Source: Macrostomum lignano (taxonomy: Eukaryota). From it: a stretch of DNA of 62,014 nucleotides. This document shows, piece after piece, positions 48,644-61,300 of the stretch. Below the pieces are notes generated by a model. The model saw only the letters and a list, made by a program, of their open reading frames with translations, was not told where the DNA came from and searched no databases. Location: contig NIVC01004064.1 of the NCBI GenBank assembly GCA_002269645.1, positions 1-62,014 on the forward strand. The letters are read 5' to 3'. Position 1 is the first letter of the stretch, and each line of letters begins with the position of its first letter. Both the position numbers and the translations under genes were made by a program.

Positions 48644-50714
48644 GCCGCCGTCATCAACATGTCGAGCCTGCTGACGGAAGCCGAATGCGCTGTGCGCTGC
48701 CGCCTCCTCGGCTGCACTGCCGCCGTCTTTGCTGCGAACTCGAGCCGGCGCGGATTTTGTCAGCTGGTTGTCGGCAACAACGAATCGGCCGGGTCGGCAA
48801 ATGACCGGAGCAGCAACTCGGTTCTGACGATCGACTCGCCCGCAAAAGTGTGGCTTCTCGATGGTCGAGACGCGAACCTTTCATTGGCTAACTTTTCAAA
48901 CGTCAAATTTAAAAGTAAGTGCTCAGGGGACAGATTAACATGCTTTGAGGCTTGCGACTCTTACTCTACTGTGTACTGCATGCTTGGCGATGAGAAATTT
49001 AGGTTCACTGTACATCCTGCGTGAGCCTGTCGTCTTTTTTGTGCGTGTTCGTGCTCAAAAATCATAACGGCCGTAACTGGCTGCGGTCCACTGTCCGCCT
49101 CGATTTACGTCGCATTGTTTATTTTCGAAGACCCCTGCTGCGAACTATATGATTCCTACGATCTACATGTTGGATATCTGGCTCTTCTTTCCTCTTACCT
49201 ACTTGAAGTCGCTGGTGCAACAGGTGGAGATTGTGGATATTGGCTTAAAATTGGGAGGTCGTGGCGCCAAAGTGTCGGGCACTTCAATTTAACGGTCGGC
49301 CTGCAGCTGAGCATCGCGGTGGGCCAGGCTGGCCGATCAACGAGTAGTCAAGCAGCAGCTGGCGGAGGCGGTGGCAGCTTCGTGTTCGTGGATGAGAGCT
49401 CTGCCAGGCTGCTGATTGCGGCTGGCGGTGGCGGCGGCGCTTCTTGCGCCTGTGATGGTGAGAATCATCATTTTCCAGAATTTTTTTCTGACAAAGTGCC
49501 AAGTTTACAGCACTAAGTTCATTTGGAAAATAATATCGCATTCAATGCGGTAAATATTTTTGTTAGCTAGTGATATGACTGAGAATTTATGCTATGTAAA
49601 ACAACATAGACGCGAAATTGGGCGTCAATGGGCGCAAGCCACGGCCTACATAGAAATTAGAAGCAATCAGTAGTCTCATGGTTGATTTTTAGACTGCATG
49701 TCTCGTTAAGCCGATGTAAATTCTAGCAATAAAAGGATGCCGGTTGATGATACTGAAGTCGTAATTGGCATCGTTTTTGATTCTGCGATCTCACTCAGCG
49801 CACTCAGCTACCGTAAAAGCCAGCTAATGAGGCCTGGCCTGATTTGCAGAAGTAGCATATTTATATATAGGATTGGGACGCAGAGGAGACACCTCTTGCG
49901 CGCACGCGTTTGCAAAACAGGCGGGAGGGGCATGCAGGCAGCAGCAGCCTGAGGGCTCAGCGCAAGCGCTAAGGCAGTCCGTCAGAGTGGCAGTGCGGGC
50001 CTGCATGGCCACGGCGCAGTTGCTTGGTCGGTCGGTGCAGCAGGGCAGAGGAATGGACGCACCACGGTCAGGGTCCATAGGTAGCAGCGTTTGATGGCGC
50101 CGGCGTAGGGTAGCGATAACAGGAGGGGTCTCTGCGCGGCTGTCATCAGAGCGTTAGTCGGCAGGCAAGATAATTAATTATCTCTCCTAAAAACCACGTC
50201 AGGCAATCCGGGACTGGCCGGACCCGATGGCGGCAACTCCACAGGCGCCGACAACAACGCCGCTCTGCGTGGCTACGGAGGCGCTGACGGAAATCCGGGA
50301 CTCGCTTTGAACAGCAGCGACGTCATCAACGCTACGAGCTTCGGCGGCTGCGGCGCCGGCTGGCTGGGCAGGGCTGTCGCTCTTCGGCAAAACGACTACG
50401 ATGGCGAGCCTGGTTGGAGCAAAGCTGACGGTTGGACTGGCGGCAGCGGAGCTAAAGGAAGCCAAGGTAAGGGCGGCTTCGGCGGCGGCGGAGGCGGTGG
50501 CCGCTGTGACGACGTCAGCAACGAGCTGCCCGCGGCTGGCGCCGGCGGCGGCTTCAGCGGAGGCGGCGCTGGTCTCGGCGGAGGCCAGGCCGGCGGAGGC
50601 GGTGGCTCCTTCTGCTCAGCTGGCGACAGCTGCTCAGGCGAGACCGGAGGCAACTCGGACAGCCAGCACGGCTTTGTAGTGCTGCGTCTGGTGGGCGATG
50701 GGAGCTGCGATTGA
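48644..50714 (+). CDS. Gene C: PAN/Apple + ALK/LTK-like glycine-rich protein; 5' end unresolved
   Basis: PAN exon nearly identical to gene A; Gly exon to donor at 49457; last exon 50203-50714. Confidence 0.75.
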
Positions 50715-53700
50715 TGATGAGGCACAGAGTCTGGCCGCAAGTGATGAAAAGGAATAAATGGTTTTGATCAGAGAATCATGAATCAGTGAGCTGAGTAATA
50801 TTTAATTATCCAAAAATGTTTTGAGTATGTGAGGGGAATTTAATGGGGCTTAAATTCGAAAACTAGCGGTCTCACCTCATGTCATTTAAAAAATTCCTGG
50901 TAGCTGGTTTCAGTACAGGTAGCTTATAATCAGTCAATTAGTGCTTCGTTTTAATTATTTATCACATGTGATAATTATGGTATATCCATATACTAAAAAT
51001 TATTAACTGGAATTTTAGGGTAAAAGTGGTGGAAAAATGACATGGATTTTCGCTGCAGTGAGTCGAATAGCAGCTCCCAGAGACGCTTTAAAATCATCAG
51101 ATGAACAATTTTGATGGTTTAAAGATGCATGCATATTAGCCAAGTAGAACTCTCTTCGTACTTATTTTTCAATAGGATCTTTATCTTTTTCTTACATTAT
51201 TTATCTGTGTCAATCTCTGAACACAATTATACATTTTAAGCGTGACTGAACTCTGAATCAGACGTTAACTCGAATGTGTTTTTTGAACTTGAAAAAAAAT
51301 AAACAAAACGATGTCCGTTGAAAGCAATATTTAAGGTTACATCTTTAAAACTGTTTTTTTCGAGCCGAATTTTTATGTAACTCACCTGTTATACTTATCT
51401 AAATTATAAAAAGATTACTTTTTAAGAAATTTAAGAATTTTAAAGAAATTATTTATTACCCTTTCCTCAGCTTCTTTTTTGCTCTAAAAATATTAATTTC
51501 TGTTTTGCTTTGTTATCTAATTCTGCCGTAAATTTTCTCAGAAAGACGTTCAGTTTTAATGTTTCCTTGATTGATCAGCGCAATATATTATGAATAAGAT
51601 CTTTTTGAAGAATAAAAATTTTTGAATAAAAAAAGATAAACTTTTTTTCTTGCAAGAAAGTGAGAATTTTTTGGCTTTTAATGAATAAGAAAATTACTTT
51701 TTCTCGCGAGAATTTCTTCTGAAGATATTCTTATGAGATTCTGAGACAAGAAAATCTTGCTAAGAAAATCTATGAAGAAAAAGATTTTCTCGCTCTCGTA
51801 TGAATAAAATCACCCGTTTCTCAATGTCTGTGTAAAAACTTGAGTTTTTGACGAGCTCCTTCTTCTAAAGCTCAGACACTGAATTTCTATCACTGAATTT
51901 TTTTCTTGCTTTAGATTTGAAATGTTTGCGGTTGTTACGGTCGGTCTTTGCCTTGAATCGGCATTTCATGTTGGCAATCTTCTTCAAAGTCTTCTTCGTG
52001 TCGAACGACTTTCCAGTCAACGTTTCCAGCTCTGTGCACTTCGCGTTAATGGCTTCCTCCTTCTGCCGTTTTACCACCGGCGTGCTGCTCTTGGTCAACA
52101 AAATCGCATGTTTTGCAGTCCGCATCATCTTCATGCACTTGTGCGTCTTGCCCTTCCATTTGTTCATCTGCTTTCATTTTTCCTTTGCAAGGCAAAAAAT
52201 AGGCCAGCCAAAACTTTCTCGAGTGCACCCAGTCTTATTTCTGTCTCTCGAGATTCCACCCAACCCTGCCCAGGTTGGCCCATAGACGACAATTTGCTTC
52301 ATAAATTCTTGCGAGAAAGTCTTGCAAGCCAAGAAAACTTGGCTTTTGCAGATTTTCTTAGCTTGAGAGAATTTCTACGCGCGAAAATCTCGACAGTTGA
52401 GAATTTTCCTTTTTTACTTGGCTTACAAGAATTTCTGCCGAGATTTTCTCGATTTTTATTCATCCTTCAAGTTCTTGATCAATGTCATATACATATAAGC
52501 TGTTTTTGTCTTACAGGAATTTTTTTAATGGGGGTCAGCCAGCAAAAGCACAGCTGTAGGAACTGCTTTCGGAAAAGACTGATTAAACCCTTCAACAAGA
52601 CCTTGAACTAAGAAAAGAATTTGCTAGCTATAGCTACTGCAAAATCTCAAGCTAGAAGTTAAAAAAAATTCTTGAGAGATGAAAGAACAATAGAAGATCT
52701 TAGCGCGTGGTGGGACGCCTGTAAACTTGAAACATCTGGCGAGTAGACAACAGAGGTAAAAGTAGCTCCACTGTCAACTAAGGCGTCGGAGCTTGAGGAG
52801 AGCCCATACTCGTAGTTCAAGTCCTCGCGCCCGCTGCGATACCTAGTAGTTATAAGATGTATTGCTTGTCGCAGTCGCTTTAACAATCAATGAAACTTCC
52901 CTAGCTTGAATAATTGGCACAACGGTTACACCTGTGCCTCGTAGTATCGCGAATTTGACAGACAATAAAATCATTAATTATTCATGAGGACAAGCATCAT
53001 ATAATTATTGTATTAATAAAAACTTATTACTGTCTTTAATTTACGTTGTATTATTTTGAAAGTCATCTAACTGAGCGAAGGCTAACATACTATCGAATAT
53101 ATACACTACTACATTTATGTCCGTGTAGTAGTAGATAGCGGAGAAGAGAGGGAAGGCGGATTTAAAGATAAATTATAAAAACCAAAGCCAATTGTTTGGC
53201 CTGCAGTCAGTCATTTAGAGAGGCCGAAATTAAGTGACAGTCTTATTAGTGTCGATAAGCAGTCATCAAGGCGTCCAAAAATCGATATTAGCACGTGAGC
53301 AGCCTTAAAACGGATGGATTTCATTTTATCAGCAGTGCTCTACCAAGAACTAGCTAATTCAAAATGTCAGTTTAGGTGGCTAAATATGACTATGTCAATA
53401 AGGAGCTATCAAGAGTTCGGTGCAGTAGAAAAACAACTTGGCAGATGTACGAGTAGGAAGAACAGACGATTTGTGACGAGCAGAAATCCTGGTAAAACAA
53501 ACAATTTGAATTGATAACTTGAATTTGCTTGCTATAGTTTAGTTAAAGTCTTTGCATGAGCCTGGCTTTCGAGAAGACATTGCAGTCTCCCATCATCGCG
53601 CGATGCAAATACGTGAGGCCTAACAGGAATTGACAGACAGATACGTTGCAGTAGGGGAATAGGAAAAGTCTTCCTGTGATTTCGGATTTTCAGTCTATAT

Positions 53701-53774
53701 AATCCAGCTATTTATGACAGAGTAAACTGAAATTAGTTGGTTAAAAATCCATTTTTAAATACGTTTTTTTCACA

Positions 53775-56437
53775 ATGCGTTCAGATTCTTATAGCTACAG
53801 ACAAGTAGTCATTGTTTTTCTTCTGGATATCGTGCTGACATGGCACACTGGACGTGCTGATGAAGGTAACGCATACATCATGTAGTAAAATTGAAAAAGG
53901 CTTGGCGTCTTGACGCTTTGCTAAATTAGTTTAACTGTTTCATATTTTTAGCCAACTGCAGCCCAGCTCGTTATGTGCAGCACAACGGGACTCTCGTCAT
54001 CAACTCAACTATCGGTAGCAGATTCCTAAACTTTAGTGAAGTGCCAACGGTGCAGCAGTGCCTGCTGATGTGTCGCATGCGAGCCTGCGCCGCCCTCGAG
54101 TTTCAAAAGCGTACATCTCGATGCCGCCTAGTAAAAGTGTCGCAGGTGCCGCCGAAACAACAAGGCTGGGTGATCAACAAAAAAAGTATCCTGACAAAGT
54201 CGAAGGGCACGGTTGTTATGAAAGTGGAAAACTTTGACGAGCTGATGAAACCGCATTACGCTCGGAGATTTCAGGGTGAGATCATATTGATCATTGACGC
54301 TGCTCATTTTTAAAGGTCAGCTAAGACATCCAAAGGCGCTACACTCTCAGATTCTGCTAATCTCTCTAAAGGCCGGTTTTTTGCCTCTAAGTGCAATAGT
54401 AAGACACGAATTTTTTGCATTAAACTCACGGTGTCACCGTTTGGACTATGGACAGATGTGCAACCAACAGCTCAGCCGCAGCTATTGCGCCGCGCATCTG
54501 AAGGCTGCGTATGGCTGTTCAGTCCAAGAACTGGGGGGTCACCACATACATCCCTCAATTACCCAAGCTAATGCTGGCACTCATTTTACAGCTGGGTGAG
54601 CTGAAGCAATGCAGATCATTAAGTGTCTTGCTCACAGACAGAAACTGTTCCGAGTGGGTTAGAACCGAAGCCTCGACCTTTGTCGTGAGTCCGACGCTTT
54701 AACCACTAGGCTGCAACGATTTGCAAGTTCAGCATAAGTAAATGAGTATTCGATTAATGTATATCAAATTTTCAAAGATTAGTTAGTGATTATGCTAACG
54801 TTACGTTAACAACACTTCAGCAACCGGCACAGGCAGGAACGGCAAAATTCAGCAAGAAGGGATCAAAGTGACCGGCTGCTACGAGATCGAAGTCAATGGT
54901 GCCAGAGGAGGGAGCTGTTCAGGAAATATTGGAGGCATGGGTGTCAAAACTGTTGGCGACTTCTTTTTGACGGACGGCACTGTACTTGGCATTCTGGTAG
55001 GACAGGCCGGCACCGACTGCAGCCAAACGGTCCAAGTCGACGGCGGCGGCGGTGGCCGCGGCGGTGGCCGCGGCGGTGGCCGCGGCGGCGGTGGTGGCGG
55101 TGGCGGCGGCAGCTTCGTGTTCCTGATGACGTCGAACGCTTCTTCGCCCCTAGTGGCGGCTGGTGGTGGCGGCGGTGCTTCTCCGACTAGTGTTGGTTAG
55201 TAAATTGATAAATTGACACTCCCTTATGCTGGCCATTAGTATTTACGAGCTATTGTTCCAATCGATATCGTCATTTCAAGTAATGCTACGACTGTACAGT
55301 AAGAATATCACATTCCATTTGGTTCATGTAGTTTTAGCATTTAACGTGCATTCGTGCATAACGGTACGAGCGTATAACCAACGAATAAATAACCAAAGTT
55401 GAAGAAGCAACCATTGTATCCATTTCAAGTCCCAGTTTTTTTAGAATTCACTAGCGAGATTCGAACATTTATGCTTTAAGTGTACTAGATTAAGTCATTG
55501 TCAAAATCAGCAAATAAGCTGCTGGTAGATGTATGCGTTAAATCTGCAAGTTTAACTAAATTTTCATGATACAATGAATTACGTAGTCCATATAATAAAA
55601 ATTACTACTATAGGCGCAATTATCTGCCTTTTCGGAGTTAGGGTAGGTGCATATTCCAGTGGCTTTTACTCGTAGAATTAATCCTCAACAAAACGCATTG
55701 GCTAAACAGACATCACAATAATAGTTCGTTGCAGAAACAATCAACCAGATGGTACAGTACATACGAAAATGTAAATGTAAAACAGAAGCGCTTCTTTAAT
55801 ATCATTTCAAGGAAATCCCGGACTATCTGGTACAGCCGGCGGCAACTCGACCTCAAGAATGAACTACCGCGGCTATGGCGGCTCGGCTGGAGGACCAGGC
55901 TTTTTCAAAAACACCAGCTACATTGACTACTATCAAATAATAAAAACCATCGGCGGATGCGGCGCTGGCTGGCTGGGCAAGGCCACGGATTTTGGAGAGA
56001 ACTATCAAAGCGGCCAACCTGGCGGCAGTCAAGCTGACAACTGGGTCGGCGGCATGGCTGGTGGCAGGGATGGCAACGGCGGCAACGGCGGCTTTGGAGG
56101 AGGCGGCGGCGGCGGCAGCGATGGATGGAGAGGCGGGGGCGGAGGAGGCGGCGGCAGCGATGGATGGAGAGGCGGGGGCGGAGGAGGCAGCGGCAGCGAT
56201 GGATGGAGAGGCGGGGGCGGAGGAGGCGGCGGCAGCGATGGATGGAGAGGCGGGGGCGGAGGAGGCGGCGGCGGCTTCAGCGGAGGCGGCGCTGGTCTCG
56301 GCGGAGGCCAAGCCGGCGGAGGCGGCGGCTCTTTCTGCTCTACAGCTGGCCACAGTTGTAGAGCCGTGGCCGGAGGCAATTCGGAAAGCCAGCACGGCTT
56401 TGTAAAGCTGCGTCTGCTGAGTGACGACTGCGAATGA
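53775..56437 (+). CDS. Gene D: secreted PAN/Apple + ALK/LTK-like glycine-rich protein (471 aa)
   Basis: Exons 53775-53865, 53952-54275, 54821-55195, 55812-56437; all phase 1, total 1416 nt. Signal-like first exon. Confidence 0.88.
56100..56270 (+). repeat. 39 bp coding tandem repeat (GGGSDGWRGGGGG) in gene D
   Basis: Three full units plus a partial unit, in frame. Confidence 0.9.
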
Positions 56438-56974
56438 TTGAGTGTGCATGCAGCGCCAACAAAGCCAAACCAAGTCGTGAAGGAAGCGTCACGTCAACAA
56501 ACAAGCAAGATAGGTCTGCAGCTGCAGGGCATGAACTAGCGAAAGCAGAAGATTGAAAACAGAACGCACACTTAAAACATTTGAAAATTTTGTGTCTGCA
56601 AGTACAAACCTATGTTTATGCTTATTGAATCTATGTTATTAAATCGTAAAATAGTATGATTATAAGCAATTGAAAATTCTGAAACTTCGTTCTTTTCTGC
56701 ACTATGTACTTTAATAGGTCGTTATGTCAAATATTGGTATTTTTTAAACATTAGTTCTGTGAGCCATAGCCGTCTAATACATACACACTCAATTCAAAAT
56801 TTATAATATTTAATTTGTTATACCGCAAACTTGTATAAATACATGGGTACTAAAACTGAAATATATGAAACCCTTCTTTCTATTGCAGCACAGGACAAAA
56901 TCTGAACTCATTCATTTAAATTCGTTCCGTGAGCAGTCGCATTTTATCAAAACTGACTGAGACCAGTGTCACCA

Positions 56975-57322
56975 GTATTATATTATTTTATTAGAGGCAG
57001 GGGGGTTGTGTGCACACTGGCGCACTTTAAGCGACATAGGCACACAACATTCCGCCGACTCCCCTGAGCAGGCATACAAGCGCGCGGATACGTACGCAGG
57101 CACACACTCACACAGGAGTGTACAGCGGCCCTAACTTTATTTTATCGTTAGGCATGTACACTTCACTGCGCCTTGGGGGGTTGGCTCTCAAGGCCGTTAA
57201 TTGCACGAGCAAAGCCAAGCCGAGATTCCAATTCAGCCCCAAATTAATGTGACTGCACTTGGAATCGAGCCTGGGTCGCTGGCACACCAGAGCCTGCGCT
57301 AGACCGCTGGGCTACGGCCCCC
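56975..57322 (-). mobile_element. tRNA-derived SINE
   Basis: Minus strand starts GGGGCCG TAGCCCAGCGG (A box) ... GGCTCGATTCC (B box, 1 mismatch); ends in an AT-rich TAA-like tail. Confidence 0.55.
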
Positions 57323-57806
57323 TGTGTCACGAGTATGCTTATAGCCTTTTTGAGAATTTTTTAATAACTCACTTACTTGTGGAAAAGACTTGTATTGTTC
57401 GTATTTTTCAGTAAATATCACGTCTTTTAAAACCGAGCAGAGATAACTATTAATGGCTTGAATATCGAAGCGCTTTCAATTGCACCATATAATTACTATG
57501 AGCAGCCATTCGCACTTCAAATTTATTTGCATATCATAAAACTGTGACCGTTAGTAATTATAAAGTGATTAGCTTTAATAGCTTCATTGTACTAAATGCT
57601 ACACTAAATTCAACTAACAATGAAAAATGTCATTATAAGTCAAGTTTCACTCCAGTACCTCACCACATAAACTGGGTTAAAATTACTATAGATGTTTACA
57701 GACCATTATTTGTTTCGCTAGAAAGTTGATAATTTAGGCAATAAAGTGTAGAATCTCCACTGGTCTTGCCCATAGACATAGACAGACATTGACGGAAAAA
57801 GGGAAA

Positions 57807-58165
57807 CCCAGTTGATGATTCGGCCATAGACATCTCTCTCTATCTACCCAGTTGATGATTCGGCCATAGACATCTCTCTCTATCTACCCAATTGATGATT
57901 CGGCCATAGACATCTCTCTCTATCTACCCAGTTGATGATTCGGCCATAGACATCTCTCTCTATCTACCCAGTTGATGATTCGGCCATAGACATCTCTCTC
58001 TATCTACCCAGTTGATGATTCGGCCATAGACATCTCTCTCTATCTACCCAGTTGATGATTCGGCCATAGACATCTCTCTCTATCTACCCAGTTGATGATT
58101 CGGCCATAGACATCTCTCTCTATCTACCCAGTTGATGATTCGGCCATTGACATCTCTCTCCAGAC
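57807..58165. repeat. 40 bp minisatellite (CCAGTTGATGATTCGGCCATAGACATCTCTCTCTATCTAC), about 9 copies
   Basis: Direct reading. Confidence 0.96.
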
Positions 58166-58369
58166 ATCTCCCTCTCTCCCTCTATTTAACTTGCTGATAA
58201 ATGCAATACTATATCAACATATACCGGTATACTAAAGCTAGCCTTAGTAATGGTACCCAGTAAACTTCATTATTTAAACAGTAATAAGTCAGGTAACTTA
58301 AAATAAGCATACAGAAATTCAAGTTATTTCATTCGTACAATATAATAGACTTGATTTGATTAGTAGAAG

Positions 58370-61300
58370 TCAGCCAGACTTCAACAGCAAGCCGTGCAGT
58401 AGGCAGTCGGCGCAGCGTAGCGGACAGCACAAACCGGACAGCTGTCCGAGGAGAGCGGCCTGTTTGTCCGGCTGGCCGGCAAGCAGCTGACGGAGCAGAT
58501 GAGCGCAGCGCTGAGCCAGTTCCGTCTGGCAGACTCGCTGCAGTACAGTGGCCGAAGGCAGGGCGGCTACGCGACTACACAGAGAGGTGAGGCTGGCTTG
58601 CGCCTCCTGCAATGCGTCATTAAAACAAATAAACGATTTACGGTGTTTTTGTAGATTATTTCATTATCAGATGATTAACAAAATTTGATACTCGTAGTAA
58701 AGAAAGTGACTTATCGAGTTCAGTGACTGAACTAACATCAGTGACCTTGAGACTCATTCAGTGATTAAACTAACATCAGTGACCTTGGGACTCATTCAGT
58801 GACTGAACTAACATCAGTGACCTTGGGACTCATTCAGTGACTGAACTATCATCAGTGACCTTGAGGTTCATTCAGTGACTGAGCTATCAGTGACCTTGAG
58901 ATTCTTTCAGTGACTGAACTAACATCAGTGACCTTGAGGTTCATTCAGTGACTGAGCTATCAGTGACCTTGGGATTCATTCAGTGACTGAGCTATCAGTG
59001 ACCTTGGGATTCATTCAGTGACTGAACTAACATCAGTGACATTGAGACTCCTTCAGTGACTGAGCTATCAGTGACCTTGAGATTCATTCAGTGACAGAAC
59101 TAACATCAGTGACCTTGGGATTCATTCAGTGACTGAACTAATATCAGTGACCTTGAGACTCATTCAGTGACTGAGCTATCAGTGACCTTGGGATTCATTC
59201 AGTGACTGAGCTATCAGTGACCTTGGGATTCATTCAGTGACAGAACTAACATCAGTGACCTTGGGATTCATTCAGTGACTGAACTAATATCAGTGACCTT
59301 GAGACTCATTCAGTGACTGAGCTATCAGTGACCTTGAGATTCTTCAGTGACTGAACTATCAGTGACCTTGAGGTTCATTCAGTGACTGAGCTATCAGTGA
59401 CCTTGGGATTCATTCAGTGACTGAACAAATATCAGTGACCTTGAGACTCATTCAGTGACTGAGCTATCAGTGACCTTGAGATTCTTTCAGTGACTGAACT
59501 AACATCAGTGACCTTGAGGTTCATTCAGTGACTGAGCTATCAGCGACCTTGAGATTCATTCAGTGACTGAGCTATCAGTGATTTTGAGATTCATTCAGTG
59601 ACTGAACTAACATCAGTGACCTTGAGATTCATTCAGTGACTGAACTAACATCAGTGACCTTGAGATTCATTCAGTGACTGAACTATCAGTGACCTTGGGA
59701 TTGATTCAGTGACTGAGCTATCAGTGACTTTGGGACTCATTCAGTAACTGAACTAACATCAGTGACCTTGGGACTCATTCAGTGACTGAAGTAACATCAT
59801 TGACCTTGGGATTCATTCAGTGGCTGAACTACCAGTGACCTTGGAATTCATTCAGTGACTGAACAAAAAAGAAGCAAACCAACAAACCTCAGGCTCCAGC
59901 TGTCTGTCTGTCTCGGCGCTATCCAGGCGATCCAACAGCTGCAAGAAGTCCAAGTACAGCTGGCCGCCCAGCTGCCAGTCCTGCCTGTCGCCAGCCAGCC
60001 GAGCAACTGGTGCCAGATGACGCCGAACTCGACTGAGCTGCCCGGCTACCAGCCAGCGCGGCGCCAGACTGTTCAGCAGGATGTCGTGCGCCGGTCGCCA
60101 CTGACCGGCTGCCAGCCAGTGTCGGGCCTCTCGACGCTGCCAATCGGCCAGGTTGACAGGTAATTGAGCGCCGTCGCTAATGTAGAAGCAGCGAGTTCGA
60201 CAGGCCAAGGCCCAGGCTGAGTGAAGCCAGTGGCGCGACAGGCCGAGCTGGTTGGTGAGGAAATTTTGCAGAGCCGGGTCGCGAACTGTGCCCAGGTGAC
60301 GGCTCAGACAGGCGCTGACTGCTCGGGTTCTGCAGGGTTGGGATTTTGGGAATAAACCAGATTTTTCCCAGCGATTGGATCTAATAGACCGAATCGAATT
60401 GAAACTTTTTTGAATCCTCAAGTTGGAATTTGAATCCTCAACTAGGGATCTGAATCCTCAATTGGGGATCTGAGTCCTCAATTAGGGATCTGAATCCTCA
60501 ATTGGGGATCTGAGTCCTCAATTAGGGATCTGAATCATCAACTAGGGATCTGAGTCCTCAATTAGGGATCTAAATCCTCAATTAGGGATCTAAATCCTCA
60601 ATTAGGGATCTGAATCCTCAACTAGGGACCTGAATCCTCAATTAGGGATCTGAATCCTCAATTAGGGATCTGAATCCTCAATTAGGGATCTGAATCCTTA
60701 ATTAGGGATCTAAATCCTCAATTAAGGATCTGAATCCTCAATTAGGGACCTGAATCCTTAACTAGGGATCTAAATCCTCGATTGGGGATCTGAATCCTCA
60801 ATTAGGGATCTCAATCCTCAATTAAGGATCTGAGTCCTCAATTAGGGATCTGAATCATCAACTAGGATCTGAGTCCTCAATTAGGGATCTAAATCCTCAA
60901 TTAGGGATCTAAATCCTCAATTAGGGATCTAAATCCTCAATTAGGGATCTGAATCCTCAATTAGGGATCTGAATCCTCAATTAGGGATCTAAATCCTCAA
61001 TTAGGGATCTGAATCCTCAATTAGGGATCTGAATCCTCAATTAGGGATCTAAATCCTCAATTGGGGATCTGAATTCTCAACTAGAGATATAAAAATCCTG
61101 TATTGAAACCCACAGAGCGATCTCTCACCTGGCTAAATCGTCGTCAATATGAAGCAGCACAAACAGGGCCCAGTCCCACAGTCCCTGGGACTCCAGTTTA
61201 GCCGCATAGCCGCAGTGCAGCGCCTGAGTGGCCGAGTCGGTGAGGTGGCTGTAGCCAATCGCGCGCAGACTGCGCCACAGATGCCAGGCGGGCCCAAAGT

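Noticed and set aside
53105-53132. ACTACTACA...TGTAGTAGT hairpin containing Polinton terminal hexamers
   Set aside because: No further TIR similarity; low-complexity trinucleotide repeat.
54650-54715. tRNA-like segment on the minus strand
   Set aside because: A-box-like sequence only, poor B box and no cloverleaf; at best a decayed SINE head, not a tRNA gene.
43374-56473. Pro-rich and Ala-rich alternative-frame ORFs over the Gly-rich exons
   Set aside because: Shadow frames of GGC-rich coding sequence.
57807-61083. Regular 20-40 bp repeats that might be taken for CRISPR arrays
   Set aside because: Head-to-tail units with no unique spacers, eukaryotic intronic context and no cas genes.
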